Program-made: the position numbers and the translations under genes
Assembly (NCBI GenBank): GCA_965215365.1
Contig: CBDCDS010000003.1
Span: forward strand, 1,280,001 to 1,344,000
DNA: 64,000 nt
Direction: 5' to 3'
From: Gammaproteobacteria bacterium
GTDB taxonomy: Bacteria > Pseudomonadota > Gammaproteobacteria > Eutrophobiales > Eutrophobiaceae
The notes under the pieces: generated by a model
Told to the model about the DNA's origin: nothing
What the model saw: only the letters and a program-made list of their open reading frames with translations
Databases searched by the model: none
Shown here: positions 29,032 through 40,518 of the stretch, piece by piece
Numbering within the stretch: the stretch's first letter is position 1
How the letters are laid out: each line of letters starts with the position of its first letter

Positions 29032-30567
29032 CTATGAGCGCCTTGGTGTGCCGGCCTTGTTCCTGATGATGACTTCCTGCCACTGTGCCGGGCCGCTGTG
29101 GTGGACGGAGTTGCCATTGCTGTCCACGGCCACGGTGACCGGCATGTCGCGCACTTCAAACTCATGGATAGCCTCCATGCCCAGGTCGGCGAAGGCCACC
29201 ACCCGAGACGCGATGATCGCGCGCGACACCAGGTAAGCGGCGCCGCCGACTGCGCTCAGATATACCGCCCCGTGTTTTTTGATGGCGGCCCGCGCGGCCG
29301 GGCCGCGTTCGGCTTTGCCGATCATGCCGATCAACCCGGTTTGCTCCAGCAACAGGTCAGTGAACTTGTCCATACGGGTGGCGGTGGTAGGACCGGCGGG
29401 TCCCACGGCCTCGTCCCGCACTGCGTCCACCGGGCCTACGTAATAGATGAAGCGGTTGGTGAAATCCACCCCCTCGGGCAGTGCCGCCCCGGCCTTGAGC
29501 AGGTTGTCGATGCGTTGGTGCGCGGCATCCCGACCGGTGAGCAGTTTGCCACTGAGCAACAGCGTCTCGCCGGGCCGCCAGGCGGCCACATCGGCTCGCG
29601 TCAAGGTGTCGAGATTGACGCGGCGGGAACCGGCACCGGCATCCCAGCTGATTGCCGGCCAGTCCTCCGGGCTGGGCGGCTGCTGCAAGGTCGGGCCGCT
29701 ACCATCCAGAGTGAAATGGGCATGGCGCGTGGCCGCGCAGTTGGGGATCAAGGCCACCGGCAGCGAAGCCGCATGGGTGGGGTAGTCCAGGATTTTCACG
29801 TCCAGCGCCGTGGTCAGCCCCCCCAGGCCCTGGGCACCGATGCCCAGGTCGTTCACCCGCTGCAGAATTTCCAGGCGCAGTTCTTCCAGTCTGGTGCGAG
29901 CGCCGCGTTGCTTGAGCGCCGGTATGTCTATGGGCGCCAGCAGCGACTGCTTGGCCAGCAGCGCGGCCTTCTCCGCAGTGCCGCCGATGCCGATGCCGAG
30001 GATACCCGGCGGGCACCAGCCGGCGCCCAGGGTCGGCACCACCTCCACCACCCAGTCGGCAATGCTGTCGCTGGGGTTGAGCATGGCCAGCCTGGCCTTG
30101 TTCTCGGAGCCGCCGCCCTTGGCTGCAAGCTGCACCTCGACCTTATCGCCAGGCACCACGTTGGTATGGATCACCGCCGGCGTATTGTCGCCGGTATTGT
30201 TGCGCACGCCGGCGGGGTCAGCCATGATCGAAGCCCGCAGCACGTTATCCGCATGGGTGTAGGCGCGCCGCACGCCCTCGTTGATCATGTCGGCAACACT
30301 CATGCCAGCGCTGTCCCAGCGCACCTCCATACCGATGTTAATGAATACCGTGACGATGCCGGTATCCTGGCAGATGGGTCGGCGCCCTTCGGCGCACATC
30401 CTGGAATTAACCAGTATCTGCGCCAGCGCATCCCGGGCCGCCGGCGACTCTTCCGCCAGGTAGGCCTGATGCACCGCCTCGACAAAATCCGGCGGATGAT
30501 AACAGGACATGAACTGCAACGCGTCGGCGACGCTGTCGATCAGGTCAGCGGCTTTGATAGTGGTCAT
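29032..30567 (-). CDS. Class I (Fe-S) fumarate hydratase
   Basis: RPICQDTG, AKGGGSEN, GWCPPG, NCAATRH, GRDAAH, GPTTATRMD; start at 30567 or 30576. Confidence 0.95.
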   Translation of the reverse strand: MTTIKAADLIDSVADALQFMSCYHPPDFVEAVHQAYLAEESPAARDALAQILVNSRMCAEGRRPICQDTGIVTVFINIGMEVRWDSAGMSVADMINEGVRRAYTHADNVLRASIMADPAGVRNNTGDNTPAVIHTNVVPGDKVEVQLAAKGGGSENKARLAMLNPSDSIADWVVEVVPTLGAGWCPPGILGIGIGGTAEKAALLAKQSLLAPIDIPALKQRGARTRLEELRLEILQRVNDLGIGAQGLGGLTTALDVKILDYPTHAASLPVALIPNCAATRHAHFTLDGSGPTLQQPPSPEDWPAISWDAGAGSRRVNLDTLTRADVAAWRPGETLLLSGKLLTGRDAAHQRIDNLLKAGAALPEGVDFTNRFIYYVGPVDAVRDEAVGPAGPTTATRMDKFTDLLLEQTGLIGMIGKAERGPAARAAIKKHGAVYLSAVGGAAYLVSRAIIASRVVAFADLGMEAIHEFEVRDMPVTVAVDSNGNSVHHSGPAQWQEVIIRNKAGTPRRS

Positions 30568-30572
30568 CGGTA

Positions 30573-32285
30573 TCAATTACCGAACTCAACTCGCCAGACA
30601 GCACTGGCCACCTTGGCCAGCTGCTGTTGACGCGCGTCTATTTTTTGCTCATCCCAGGTATCGTAGTGCTCGGCTACCGCGCGTGTGAGTTGCAGGTCGC
30701 TATTACGATAGTCCTCCCGTTTGGCCTCGTAGCCGGCGTTGCCAATGTCGCGGTTGCGATGAGCTTCGAGGAGCGTCATATTGCCGAGGCGGTAGCGCAG
30801 TCGTTCCTGTCTGGTTTCATCAATATGGCTCCAATCTTCTCCCGCCCGTTCCGGCAAAATGTGTTCCAGACTGTAAGTGGCGCTCTCGACATCGAATGAC
30901 CGTTCGGATCGCTGCCGCTCGATTTCGAACAAAATGTAGCGTACCACTTTTTTGTTACGTGAGTTGGTAGTGCGCATTTCCTTCTCTGAAAAAGCGGCTT
31001 TGAATTGCCGGTCATCAGGGTAAACCACTCCCAAGGCTGAGAGCACCTCGTTGGGATGAGCATAAGCACCCTCAGATACCTGCCGGGCAATCCGGTTGTA
31101 CAGGCATTCCTGCTCATGGGTTTGCAGGTTGCAAATCACGTTATAGCGAAAGGAGATAACCGCCACGGCTCGCACAATGCGCGCGAAACCAGTGCGGTCG
31201 GTATTAAAAAATCGGTGATGACACGCCACCAACATTGCCAGAGGTTGGCGTACATTGAACATTAATAACTGCTTTAAGGCTGCGCGTTCAGGACCATGCC
31301 AGGACGCATCCCCAGGATCGCGTAGAGCCGCGTAAACGTCGGCAGAGTTATCAAGGTCGCGCAGCAATGCAAATGCCTGCTCTCGGTTACCAACATACCG
31401 ACGGATGGTCTTGAACAGTTCCGCCTTACGTACCAGACGGTTGCGGCTGTTCCAGAACACGCGCAGAAACTCGGGAAAACTCGCGCTGCCCAACAACCCG
31501 ACTATGTGCTCCCAGCGTTCTTCCAAAACTTTTAATTCAAGCTCGTGGACCTCCGCCGCGCTGAGCAGAGAGAACAGGTAATTCTTGAGCAGATCGGTAG
31601 CAGAGAGACGCACACCACGGGCATTGAGCGTTGCAAATACCTTAAAGGCATTCAGTTCGTCTGTTACGGTAATAACCGTAAAAAAAAGCCTGTCTATGAG
31701 ACTGTCAATCAGGGCGACAAACTGCCGGCCACCGTCGGGTTTTACCTCGAACCGGGCTTGTATATGCTCTTTGAACCAGATAAAGCCGCCGCGTAACCGC
31801 TGTTCGGAATCGTTCAATCCACGCTGTGGCAACGGCTCCAGTGGCACCAGATAGTTTTGGTAGAAGCGGTTGTTGTGACGATTGAGTGACAGTTTTGATT
31901 TTGGCACCAGGGTTACCGGGTCCACATGGCCGATATAGCTGCCTTGTAACTGCTCTTTGCGGCGACGGTTGTTTTCCGCATCAAGCCCCGCCGCCACCAG
32001 TTTCTCAAGGTATGCCATGCCTGCCAGCATCATCAAACTGAGGGTAGTTATGCGCTGTTGCCCGTCAATAATGTCAAACCGCCTGTTGTCCGCAGACTGC
32101 AACACCAGATAACCTAGGTAATGGGCTGGCTCGCCGCCTTCAGCAAACAAACCCAACATGTCCTGCCACAAGTCATCCCATTCATCTTCTGCCCAGGAAT
32201 AATCCCGCTGAAAAGGAGGCACATGGTAGATCAGCCCGTTGCCCAGCAACTGCCGGAAGGTCTGGTTGGCGGTGTTGAAGTTCAT
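30573..32285 (-). CDS. DUF262/DUF1524 (GmrSD-like) putative modification-dependent restriction protein
   Basis: VPPFQRDYSW, IIDGQQRITT, FATLNARG, C-terminal EHILP...LGNMTLL HNH-like motif. Confidence 0.9.
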   Translation of the reverse strand: MNFNTANQTFRQLLGNGLIYHVPPFQRDYSWAEDEWDDLWQDMLGLFAEGGEPAHYLGYLVLQSADNRRFDIIDGQQRITTLSLMMLAGMAYLEKLVAAGLDAENNRRRKEQLQGSYIGHVDPVTLVPKSKLSLNRHNNRFYQNYLVPLEPLPQRGLNDSEQRLRGGFIWFKEHIQARFEVKPDGGRQFVALIDSLIDRLFFTVITVTDELNAFKVFATLNARGVRLSATDLLKNYLFSLLSAAEVHELELKVLEERWEHIVGLLGSASFPEFLRVFWNSRNRLVRKAELFKTIRRYVGNREQAFALLRDLDNSADVYAALRDPGDASWHGPERAALKQLLMFNVRQPLAMLVACHHRFFNTDRTGFARIVRAVAVISFRYNVICNLQTHEQECLYNRIARQVSEGAYAHPNEVLSALGVVYPDDRQFKAAFSEKEMRTTNSRNKKVVRYILFEIERQRSERSFDVESATYSLEHILPERAGEDWSHIDETRQERLRYRLGNMTLLEAHRNRDIGNAGYEAKREDYRNSDLQLTRAVAEHYDTWDEQKIDARQQQLAKVASAVWRVEFGN

Positions 32286-32327
32286 GACTGCTATGAGTGC
32301 CGTTCCTCGATTCAGGCAGTGCTCGGA

Positions 32328-32597
32328 TCAATCGTCATCGGGTTGGGCGGCATAAATCGTCAGGCGCAATTCCGTATCACCAAGCATCTCGTAAACAGGT
32401 CTTCTGCCAGAAAGTCGTTCACTGCGTGCCAGAATAATTGGAACACCGTTCCCTATCAGCCTCGACTGGCTTCGCTGTTGAAACATGCGAGCAAGATAGT
32501 CCGGCGACATGACTCGGTTACTATTACCCACTTTGACTTCGAGATAGGAGTCTTCCCGAAGCCGTATTTTATTGAGCAATTCCTCCTTATCGAACAT
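32328..32597 (-). pseudogene. Internally deleted remnant of an AlbA_2/HATPase_c_4 (RecG-like regulator) gene
   Basis: Three segments resembling distant parts of that family joined in frame: ELLNKIRLREDSYLEVK | VGNSNRVMSPDYLARMFQQRSQSRLI | GNGVPIILARSERLSGRRPVY...LTIYAA. Confidence 0.6.
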
Positions 32598-33462
32598 AAC
32601 CCCAATCCTGCCTTGGAAAGTTGAACTCCACTACGGTTTGCGTCTGTTGCCCCAAGCCACTTATGCCTAGGGTCATAGTGTCGCCGGCGTTGAGATACAC
32701 GGGGGGCTTCTGCCCCAGTCCGACTCCCGGCGGTGTGCCGGTAGAAATCACGTCTCCTGGTTGCAGGCTCATAAACCGGCTGACGTAGCTTACGATGTAG
32801 GCCGGGTCGAAGATCATGGTACGAGTGTTGCCGTCCTGGTAACGTCTGCCGTTCACCTCCAGCCATAAATCGAGGTCGAGTACGTTTTCTATTTCATCGC
32901 AGGTCACCAGCCACGGGCCGATGGGGCCAAAAGTATCGCAACCCTTGCCCTTATCCCACTGACTGCCATAGTCGAATTGAAACTTGCGTTCTGACACGTC
33001 ATTAACGACACAGTACCCGGCGATGTGCTCCATCGCCTGCGCTTTTGTCACATAAGCGGCATGGCTGCCGATGACCACGCCCAGTTCCACCTCCCAATCC
33101 AGCTTGGCGCTGTCTAAGGGTTTAATGACATTATCGTTGGGGCCGCAGATCGCGCTGGTCGCCTTGGTGAAGATCTCCGGTGTCTCCGGTACCGCCATCC
33201 CGGACTCTTTGGCATGGTCAGCATAGTTCAGGCCAATGCAGAGAAATTTGCCGACCTTGCCGACACAAGGGCCGTAACGCACCCCGGCCCGTACCTGTGG
33301 CAGTCGGTCGAGCTCGATTTGGCGGAGGCGATGCAGCCCCTCCGGCGTTAATATGCTGCCATCGATGTCCGCCGCGTGGGCCGACAAATCTCTAATGTTT
33401 CCCTCACCATCCAGGATACCGGGCTGTTCCTGGCCCGGCTCACCATAACGTAACAGTTTCAC
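32587..33462 (-). CDS. Fumarylacetoacetate hydrolase family protein (likely 2,4-diketo-3-deoxy-sugar acid hydrolase)
   Basis: CIGLNYADHA, DWEVELGVVIG, NDVSER, KGKGCDTFGP, TGTPPGVG; operon context. Confidence 0.88.
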   Translation of the reverse strand: MKLLRYGEPGQEQPGILDGEGNIRDLSAHAADIDGSILTPEGLHRLRQIELDRLPQVRAGVRYGPCVGKVGKFLCIGLNYADHAKESGMAVPETPEIFTKATSAICGPNDNVIKPLDSAKLDWEVELGVVIGSHAAYVTKAQAMEHIAGYCVVNDVSERKFQFDYGSQWDKGKGCDTFGPIGPWLVTCDEIENVLDLDLWLEVNGRRYQDGNTRTMIFDPAYIVSYVSRFMSLQPGDVISTGTPPGVGLGQKPPVYLNAGDTMTLGISGLGQQTQTVVEFNFPRQDWGYVR

Positions 33463-33475
33463 TTTTTACCTCTGT

Positions 33476-35401
<1,926 letters not shown>

Positions 35402-35405
<4 letters not shown>

Positions 35406-35725
35406 GCTGTGAATCTCTGTTTGTAAGCGCTCGTTTCCTGCGGCTGTGCGCGGGTATGAGCAGGCATATAATCGCTTTTCATATTATGCAGGTGCACATG
35501 TTCTCCGGGGCGGATGTCCCGCACGGCAGAACCGATGGGCACGCCATATTTTACGATTTTATCACCCCCGGCTAAGGCGCGTACGGCAACTTTGTGGCCC
35601 AGTTCCACAGCCTCTGTCAGCGTAATGCTTGCTGTTCCTGTCGTGATGACAGCTCCCGCGGCAGACGGCTGGCAACAGACCAGCACGTTGTCTTGCGGGT
35701 GCAACCGGATAAATTTTGATTTCAT
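35402..35725 (-). CDS. SAF-domain small subunit of the UxaA-type dehydratase
   Basis: LHPQDNV...GHKVA...IVKYGVPIG...GEHVHLHN; ATGA overlap with the large subunit. Confidence 0.9.
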
Positions 35726-35750
35726 CTGCGCTTGTCGAGTTGACTGCCGG

Positions 35751-36587
35751 TCACAAGCCGTAGCAATTTGCCGCGTTGTTTCCCAGGATCAGTTGCCGTT
35801 CCTCCGCACTTAAGTCGTGCAGGAATCGGTCGGTAAAACTGTTCCAGGTGTCATACTCAGCGGCCAGTTCCAGCACTGGCCAATCACTGCCCCAGAGCAG
35901 GCGTTCGGTGCCGAAACAACGCAACAGGTGACGCATGTAAGGCTCAACTTTATCATAGGTGAATGTTGCGCCCGCTTCTGTCAGCAGGCCCGAGAGCTTG
36001 CAAAAAGCGCCGGTGTCGGCAGCAATGGCTTCAATATCATCCGCCCAGGGTTGAAAGGCGCCGCCGGCGATATCCGGTTTGGCGCCATGGTCGATAATGA
36101 CGACCAGATCCGGGTGACGACGCAGCAGGTCATACAAATGTTGCAGGTGCTGCGGCTTGACCAGGGCGTCGAAACGGAGGCCCAGCTCCACCAGTTTTTC
36201 ATAAACCGGTTGTAGTTGCGCGCGCAGCATCCAGGCCGGGTCGGGAAGGTCTTGGAGCATCGGTCGGATGCCGAGCAGGTACGGGTGTTCGGCCAGGGCT
36301 TCCAGCTCGATGGCAACGTCCGGTTTTTCCATGTCCACCCAGCCGACCACACCGACAACAAAATCGGTTTCTTGCGCCAACTGCAACAGGTAACGGGTTT
36401 CAGCCAGGGTTGGGGCGGCCTGCACCACGATGGTTTGCTGGACTCCCGCACTTTTCAGGTGAGGACGCAAATCGTCCGGTGCGAAGTCCCGGTACAGTGG
36501 CGCCAGCTCTTTCGTCAGCCAGCCGTAGTCGCCTCGTTCCAGGCGCCAGAAGTGCTGGTGGCTGTCGATACGCGTCGCTTCGGTCAT
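35751..36587 (-). CDS. Amidohydrolase family, probable L-fucono-1,5-lactonase
   Basis: IDSHQHFW, IDHGAKP, CKLSGL, WGSDWPV. Confidence 0.88.
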   Translation of the reverse strand: MTEATRIDSHQHFWRLERGDYGWLTKELAPLYRDFAPDDLRPHLKSAGVQQTIVVQAAPTLAETRYLLQLAQETDFVVGVVGWVDMEKPDVAIELEALAEHPYLLGIRPMLQDLPDPAWMLRAQLQPVYEKLVELGLRFDALVKPQHLQHLYDLLRRHPDLVVIIDHGAKPDIAGGAFQPWADDIEAIAADTGAFCKLSGLLTEAGATFTYDKVEPYMRHLLRCFGTERLLWGSDWPVLELAAEYDTWNSFTDRFLHDLSAEERQLILGNNAANCYGL

Positions 36588-37648
36588 GCCGCGCCTGACT
36601 CAACGGTTGGTACCGGCGCCGCCGGGTGTAACAGGTTGCTATCCCACAGCGCTTGCCAGAAATCAGTCGGGACCGGGCTGGCAAACAGTGCCAGGGTATG
36701 AGCGACCTGTTGCGGGCTCCTCATGCCGACGGCGATGCTGGCTACAGTCGGGTGAGCTAAGGGAAACTGCAAAGCCGCCGCCGCCAGCGGCACCTCGAAT
36801 TGTGCACAGACTGCTTCCAGACGTTCTACCCGTTCGATAATCGCCGCCGGTGCCGGCTCATAATTGTAATAAGGTGTCTGCCCGGATTGGGTGCCGGTGG
36901 CCAGGATCCCGGAGTTATAGACACCGCCGATGATGACAGAAACGTTGCGCGCCGCACATTTGGGCAGGAAAGTGTCCAGCGCGCCCTGTTCCAGCAAGGT
37001 GTACCGGCCGGCCAGCAGAAAACAATCAAAATCGCCGTATTCCAGCGCATCTTCGCAGACCTCGTATTCGTTGACACCCAGCCCGAACGCGCGGATTTGG
37101 CCGCCGCGGCGCAACTCATCGAGGGCCTTATAGCCGCTATCCATGGCGATTTTGAATAACCGGGCATGGTCGTGACCATGGGTCACCTTGCCGATGTCGT
37201 GGAGATACAGGATATCGATACGGCTTAAGCCCAGGCGCTGCAGGCTGTCCTGGTATGAGCGCATGATGCCATCGTAGGAATAATCATATACCGGCGCAAA
37301 CGGCATGGGTGAGCAGTAGCCGTGCCGGGGTACGCCAGCATCCACCGCACCGCAGGGTTGCAACAGGCGCCCCACCTTGCTTGACAGCACAAAACTGTCA
37401 CGAGGTTCCTCCCGCAGTGCCTCTCCCACGCGCCGCTCACTCAGGCCGAAGCCGTAGTAGGGGGCGGTATCTATGTGGCGCAGCCCGGCACTCAACCCGC
37501 GCCGCACCGTCTCCCGGGCCTGTGTGTCGGTAACGGCGCAATACAGGTTGCCCAGGCCCGCACAACCCAGACCTAAAGGCGCGACCTCAAGGCCGGTGTT
37601 ACCGATTTTCCTGGCAGGCAAGGCGCAGCTGTCAGCATCCGGCTTCAT
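36584..37648 (-). CDS. Aldo/keto reductase, probable L-fucose (D-threo-aldose) 1-dehydrogenase
   Basis: GLGNLY, DTAPYYGFGLSE, SSKVGRLL, YDYSYDG, LLAGRYTLL. Confidence 0.88.
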   Translation of the reverse strand: MKPDADSCALPARKIGNTGLEVAPLGLGCAGLGNLYCAVTDTQARETVRRGLSAGLRHIDTAPYYGFGLSERRVGEALREEPRDSFVLSSKVGRLLQPCGAVDAGVPRHGYCSPMPFAPVYDYSYDGIMRSYQDSLQRLGLSRIDILYLHDIGKVTHGHDHARLFKIAMDSGYKALDELRRGGQIRAFGLGVNEYEVCEDALEYGDFDCFLLAGRYTLLEQGALDTFLPKCAARNVSVIIGGVYNSGILATGTQSGQTPYYNYEPAPAAIIERVERLEAVCAQFEVPLAAAALQFPLAHPTVASIAVGMRSPQQVAHTLALFASPVPTDFWQALWDSNLLHPAAPVPTVESGAA

Positions 37649-37671
37649 AAAATTTCACTGGTTATATTTGT

Positions 37672-37704
37672 GGTAACCCCTGAAAATGCATTGTCAGGGG
37701 TGCC
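37672..37704. repeat. Degenerate family-B palindrome
   Basis: GGTAACCCCTGAAAATGCATTGTCAGGGGTGCC. Confidence 0.55.
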
Positions 37705-37804
37705 TTTGTGTTTACGCCGACGGTACTGTACCATAATTTGTCGTGTATAATTTTTTTTTACAACTAAAAATAGCGAGTGTTACCGCCATTAATCAAGGAG
37801 CGCT

Positions 37805-39121
37805 ATGACCACATTGTTCCCGCATGATTTCAGTGAGGCGCGCTACTGCAAGGCCTTAAAGGGGTTATTCAAGGCCGGCACGGGCGTGGCGCCGCCCACT
37901 CTCGCCGGGCGCGACACCGAGACCGCGATCGCCTCCGATATGCTGTTAGACCCTTTAGCCGACGGCAACCCGCCGCCGGGAGATATGGTGCTCTTTGGCC
38001 CGCGTGGCAACGGTAAGACGGTGTTGCTCAAAGACTTAGAGCGGCGCGCCATCGAAGCCGGGATCGGCGTGCGGGCGCTGACTGCGCGCAATTTCAAAGC
38101 GCCCGGTGATCTTGCCGCGGTGTTGTTGAGACCGGCTTCGGCGACTGAGGGGGCGCCCGACAAGCCGGATTGGGCGATGCGCGGCACCGCCAAGGCGCTT
38201 GATACGGCAGGGCACCTGGCAAGCCAACCGCTCAGCGTCGACGGCGTTACCGTCGGCGCGCCCGGCCTTGGCACGGTGTCATTGGGGGCGTCTGGCGAGG
38301 CGGCGCTCATGGTCGAGCTGACCGAGCGTTTAACGCGGCAATGTCGCACACAACCGCTGTTGGTCACCGTGGACGAAGCGCATACGCTCGATATCGAGAT
38401 CGGCGCCGATCTGCTGAACCTCAGCCAGCAGCTGCGCAGCGCGGGTGTCCCGTTCGTCCTCATCCTGGCCGGTACGCCCAATCTCCAAGCGCATTTACGA
38501 CGCATGGACTCCACCTTCTGGAGCCGCTCCGAGATCCAGCCCATTGGCCGGTTGAGCGCTGTGGCCACGAAACAGGCCTTAACCGAGCCACTCGGTAACT
38601 ACTCGGTGACCATCGAGCCGGATGCCTTGGAGGCAGTGGTGGATGACTCACAGTGTTACCCGTATTTCATTCAGCTTTGGGGACGGGCGTTGTGTGGCGC
38701 CTTGGTCGGACAAGCACAAGGCCACACCGTGACCTTAGGGCTCTTCGAGCAGGTGGCGCCCGAAATCGAAGCGCGCCGGGCGCGCTATTACGGGGAGCGG
38801 TATCTGGAGCTCGAAGATCGCCACCTGCTCGAGGCGGCAGCGCTCATCGGTAAAGCCTTCAAGGACACTGCGAGCGCGCATAAGGCGACACTTGAGGCGA
38901 CGCTCGTCGAGGAGCTCGGCTTAGACGCCGAGGCGACCACGGCGGCGCTCAGCGAGATGGCGGCGTTGGGATATCTCTGGCGCAAGACCACGGCGAATGA
39001 TTTCTTTGAGCCGGGTATTCCCTCGCTGATGACCCATGTGCAAGAGCGCCTCGAAGTCGCCATGGATGAGGAAATGACGGCGGCGCCGCGGCCGGTTTTG
39101 TCCGGGTTCAGAAGCAAGTGA
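37805..39121 (+). CDS. P-loop ATPase (AAA_16-like) paralog 1
   Basis: PPTLAGRD, Walker A GPRGNGKT, Walker B LLVTVDEAH, YPYFIQLWG, PGIPSL; AAGGAG RBS. Confidence 0.88.
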   Translation: MTTLFPHDFSEARYCKALKGLFKAGTGVAPPTLAGRDTETAIASDMLLDPLADGNPPPGDMVLFGPRGNGKTVLLKDLERRAIEAGIGVRALTARNFKAPGDLAAVLLRPASATEGAPDKPDWAMRGTAKALDTAGHLASQPLSVDGVTVGAPGLGTVSLGASGEAALMVELTERLTRQCRTQPLLVTVDEAHTLDIEIGADLLNLSQQLRSAGVPFVLILAGTPNLQAHLRRMDSTFWSRSEIQPIGRLSAVATKQALTEPLGNYSVTIEPDALEAVVDDSQCYPYFIQLWGRALCGALVGQAQGHTVTLGLFEQVAPEIEARRARYYGERYLELEDRHLLEAAALIGKAFKDTASAHKATLEATLVEELGLDAEATTAALSEMAALGYLWRKTTANDFFEPGIPSLMTHVQERLEVAMDEEMTAAPRPVLSGFRSK

Positions 39122-39240
39122 GACTCTCATATTTGCTGAACCTGGACAGTCTATTGACTTAGGGCGCGCCGCAATGTACGCTGTTGAGCGTAGCAAGGAC
39201 ACTTCAAACTTACATCCACTGTCCTATCGAGAGGTCGGCC

Positions 39241-40518
39241 ATGACTGCACCGTTCCCGCATGATTTCAGTGATGCTCGCTACTGCAAGGCCTTAAAGAGG
39301 CTATTTAAGGCTGGCACGGGCGTGGCCCCGCCCAAACTTGCCGGGCGCGACACCGAGTCCGAGCTCGCTGCCGATGTGCTACTCGGCCCCTTGGCAGACA
39401 GCGAGGCCCCGGCAGGGGACTTAGTGCTCTTCGGGCCGCGCGGCAACGGCAAGACGGTGTTGCTCAAAAAGCTCGAGCGCACCGCCGCGGCGGGAATTGA
39501 GGTGATCGCGTTGACCCCACGCGCGCTCAAAACCCCAGCGGCGCTCGGCGCCGTGTTGCTCAGACCCGCCTCGATCCCTGATGGTTCACCCGCTAAGCCG
39601 GGCTTAGCCACGCGCGCCGGCGCCAAGGCCATAGACACCGCCGAACGCACCGCCGGTCAGCCGCTCGGCGTGGACGGCGTCAGTGTCGGCACACCGGGCC
39701 TCGGCACGGTGTCATTAGGTGTCCTTGACTCAGCGGCGCTGAATGTCGAGCTGACCGAGCGCTTAACGAAGCGCTGTCGCACATGGCCGCTGTTGGTCAC
39801 CGTGGACGAAGCCCATACGCTCGATATCGAGACCGGCGCCGATCTGCTCAACCTCAGTCAGCAGCTGCGTGCCGATGGTGTCCCGTTCGTTCTCATTTTG
39901 GCCGGCACGCCTAATCTTGAAGCGCATCTGGGCAAGATGAGCGCCACCTTCTGGGATCGCTCTGAGATCCTGCCGATCGGCCGGCTGAGCGCTAAGGCCA
40001 CCGAGCAGGCCTTAACCGAACCACTCGGTGATTGGTCGGTGACGTTTGATCCCGGTGCCTTGGCGGCGGTGGTGGCGGACTCACAGTGTTACCCGTATTT
40101 CATACAGCTTTGGGGGCGAGCGCTGTGTGGCGCCTTGGTCGAACAGGGTGCCGGCCACACGGTGACCGTGTCTCTCGTCGAGCAGGTCACCCCTGAAGTC
40201 GCCGCGCGCCGCGAACGTTATTACGGGAAGCGCTATCAGGAGCTCGAAGAGCGCGAACTGCTCGAGGTCGCGGCACTCGTCGCCGGCTGTTTCGAGAAGT
40301 CCGAGCAGGTAGCCGGGGCGACGCTCAAGGCGGCGTTGTGCAAGGGGCTCGGGTTAGACACCAAGGCCGTCATGGCGGCGCTCAGCCAACTCGCCGACTT
40401 AGGCTACACCTGGGCACCCGAGGGCGGTCGAGAGATCGAGCCCGGTATTCCGTCGCTGATGACCCACGTGCGCGAGGCGCTCGCTGAGGACATGGACTCA
40501 GCGCCGGCATGGATATGA
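39241..40518 (+). CDS. P-loop ATPase (AAA_16-like) paralog 2
   Basis: Same motifs; ATG 39241 aligns with the paralog-1 start; stop overlaps the next ATG (ATGA). Confidence 0.88.
   Translation: MTAPFPHDFSDARYCKALKRLFKAGTGVAPPKLAGRDTESELAADVLLGPLADSEAPAGDLVLFGPRGNGKTVLLKKLERTAAAGIEVIALTPRALKTPAALGAVLLRPASIPDGSPAKPGLATRAGAKAIDTAERTAGQPLGVDGVSVGTPGLGTVSLGVLDSAALNVELTERLTKRCRTWPLLVTVDEAHTLDIETGADLLNLSQQLRADGVPFVLILAGTPNLEAHLGKMSATFWDRSEILPIGRLSAKATEQALTEPLGDWSVTFDPGALAAVVADSQCYPYFIQLWGRALCGALVEQGAGHTVTVSLVEQVTPEVAARRERYYGKRYQELEERELLEVAALVAGCFEKSEQVAGATLKAALCKGLGLDTKAVMAALSQLADLGYTWAPEGGREIEPGIPSLMTHVREALAEDMDSAPAWI

Noticed and set aside
29098-30630. 510-aa plus-strand ORF
   Set aside because: Antisense shadow of the class I fumarase, typical of GC-rich coding DNA; no recognisable motifs.
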